Below, piece by piece: positions 31,387 through 32,000 of a stretch of 32,000 nt of DNA. The stretch is from Nitrososphaera viennensis EN76. Its GTDB lineage: Archaea > Thermoproteota > Nitrososphaeria > Nitrososphaerales > Nitrososphaeraceae. The notes below the pieces were generated by a model. The model ran no database searches and was not told where the DNA came from. It saw only the letters and a program-made list of their open reading frames with translations. Numbering within the stretch: position 1 is the first letter of the stretch; every line of letters begins with the position of its first letter. A program made the position numbers and the translations under genes. The stretch is from the NCBI RefSeq assembly GCF_000698785.1, contig NZ_CP007536.1:2190001-2222000 (forward strand), written 5' to 3'.

Positions 31387-31782
31387 CTAGGGCCCCTTTA
31401 CGAGTATGCCCTTGAGCTCCTGGTTGTCCAGAAGGGTGTCGATAAGCTTTTGCTGTTCTTCCTTTGGAAGTTCATTTGACATCTCCAGCGAGTCGATGGC
31501 CTTGAGCTTCCAAAAGTTGGTCAGCGCATTGTCGACGGTCATCTGCGAGTCGTAGACCACCTTACCAAACGCGGTGAGGGTGTATTTGCCACTCTTTTTC
31601 CTCACAAGACCTGACTTTGTCATCCTTGAGAGCCTGGAATAATACTGCTTGCGCGTGAGCTTGGTCTTGCCCTTGAGGCTCTCGCTGTCAATGCTGCCGT
31701 GGGCAATGGTTCTAAAAAGTTCCATTGATCTGTCGTCTGAAATGGTCCTGAGGACTGTGGCTGTTGTCTGGGACTTGGCCAT
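31387..31782 (-). CDS. Winged-helix transcriptional regulator (ArsR/MarR-like, archaeal type)
   Basis: RSMELFRTIAHGSIDSESLKGKTKLTRKQYYSRLSRMTKSGLVRKKSGKYTLTAFG, followed by a C-terminal helical tail. A TATAAT box lies about 30 nt upstream (31811-31818 on the + strand). Confidence 0.7.
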   Translation of the reverse strand: MAKSQTTATVLRTISDDRSMELFRTIAHGSIDSESLKGKTKLTRKQYYSRLSRMTKSGLVRKKSGKYTLTAFGKVVYDSQMTVDNALTNFWKLKAIDSLEMSNELPKEEQQKLIDTLLDNQELKGILVKGP

Positions 31783-31847
31783 TTTACATCTTTACTCATA
31801 ATCGTGAGCGTATTATAGCTTAGGTAACTCTTGGCAGTAGTTATGGC

Positions 31848-31877
31848 CACAAAGTATCCAATTTTGGATACTTTGTG
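31848..31877. promoter_or_regulatory. 30-bp near-perfect palindrome (14-bp arms, 2-nt centre); candidate operator
   Basis: CACAAAGTATCCAA-TT-TTGGATACTTTGTG lies 66-95 nt upstream of the wHTH gene start. Confidence 0.45.
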
Positions 31878-32000
31878 ACGCTAAAATGCGCCGTTGTTGG
31901 TATATGCGTATGCCTAGATCATCACAAGTACTCCTATGGGAAGGCCCGAGAGCAGCATCAAGTCAAACGGAAGCAGCCTCTTGTGCTGTTTGCGAATAAA

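Noticed and set aside
31914-32000. Open frame at the right edge. The minus strand reads …FIRKQHKRLLPFDLMLLSGLPIGVLVMI-stop. The plus strand has an ATG at 31938 reading MGRPESSIKSNGSS….
   Set aside because: Fewer than 30 codons are visible on either strand and both frames are open. This is not enough to choose a strand or call a gene.

Overview
This 32-kb window looks like archaeal chromosomal DNA. By inference only, it is probably from a Nitrososphaera-like ammonia-oxidising thaumarchaeon. That rests on archaeal-type AsnRS, a Clp1 kinase, a TRAM protein, archaeosine-pathway queC/queD, an AN1-M50 protease, AT-rich TATA-like boxes about 25-30 nt upstream of starts, and frequent TTG starts. I can support about 40 protein-coding genes. 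They include housekeeping and transport genes (asnS, TetR, MgtC, NUDIX, Zn-ADH, an ArsB/CitMHS-type permease, an APC permease fused to two Usp domains, a PHP phosphoesterase, isochorismatase). Several are secreted or cell-surface proteins: an edge-truncated LTD/TolB-like gene that the ORF track misses, a YVTN propeller, and a protein with GNQT sequon repeats. The rest are many small hypothetical membrane proteins. I found no rRNA, tRNA or CRISPR array. Items that stand out:

1. A co-directional operon encodes a Cache/HAMP/PAS histidine kinase, a stand-alone receiver and a stand-alone class III nucleotidyl cyclase.
2. A 7-deazaguanine neighbourhood holds Clp1, queC, a queD with an extra N-terminal nuclease-fold-like domain, and an orphan AsnB-type PP-loop enzyme.
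3. An apparently intact IS6-like element has inverted repeats, a 7-bp target duplication and an internal 40-bp duplication of its right end.
4. A MarC-family gene is split by a frameshift at a G5 run.
5. A small-protein family has two clear copies in the window plus a more divergent third.
6. A duplicated promoter-like 11-mer is followed, at one copy, by a strong hairpin and no credible ORF.
7. A 30-bp palindrome lies upstream of a wHTH regulator.

All functional calls come from reading motifs by eye; no database search was run.
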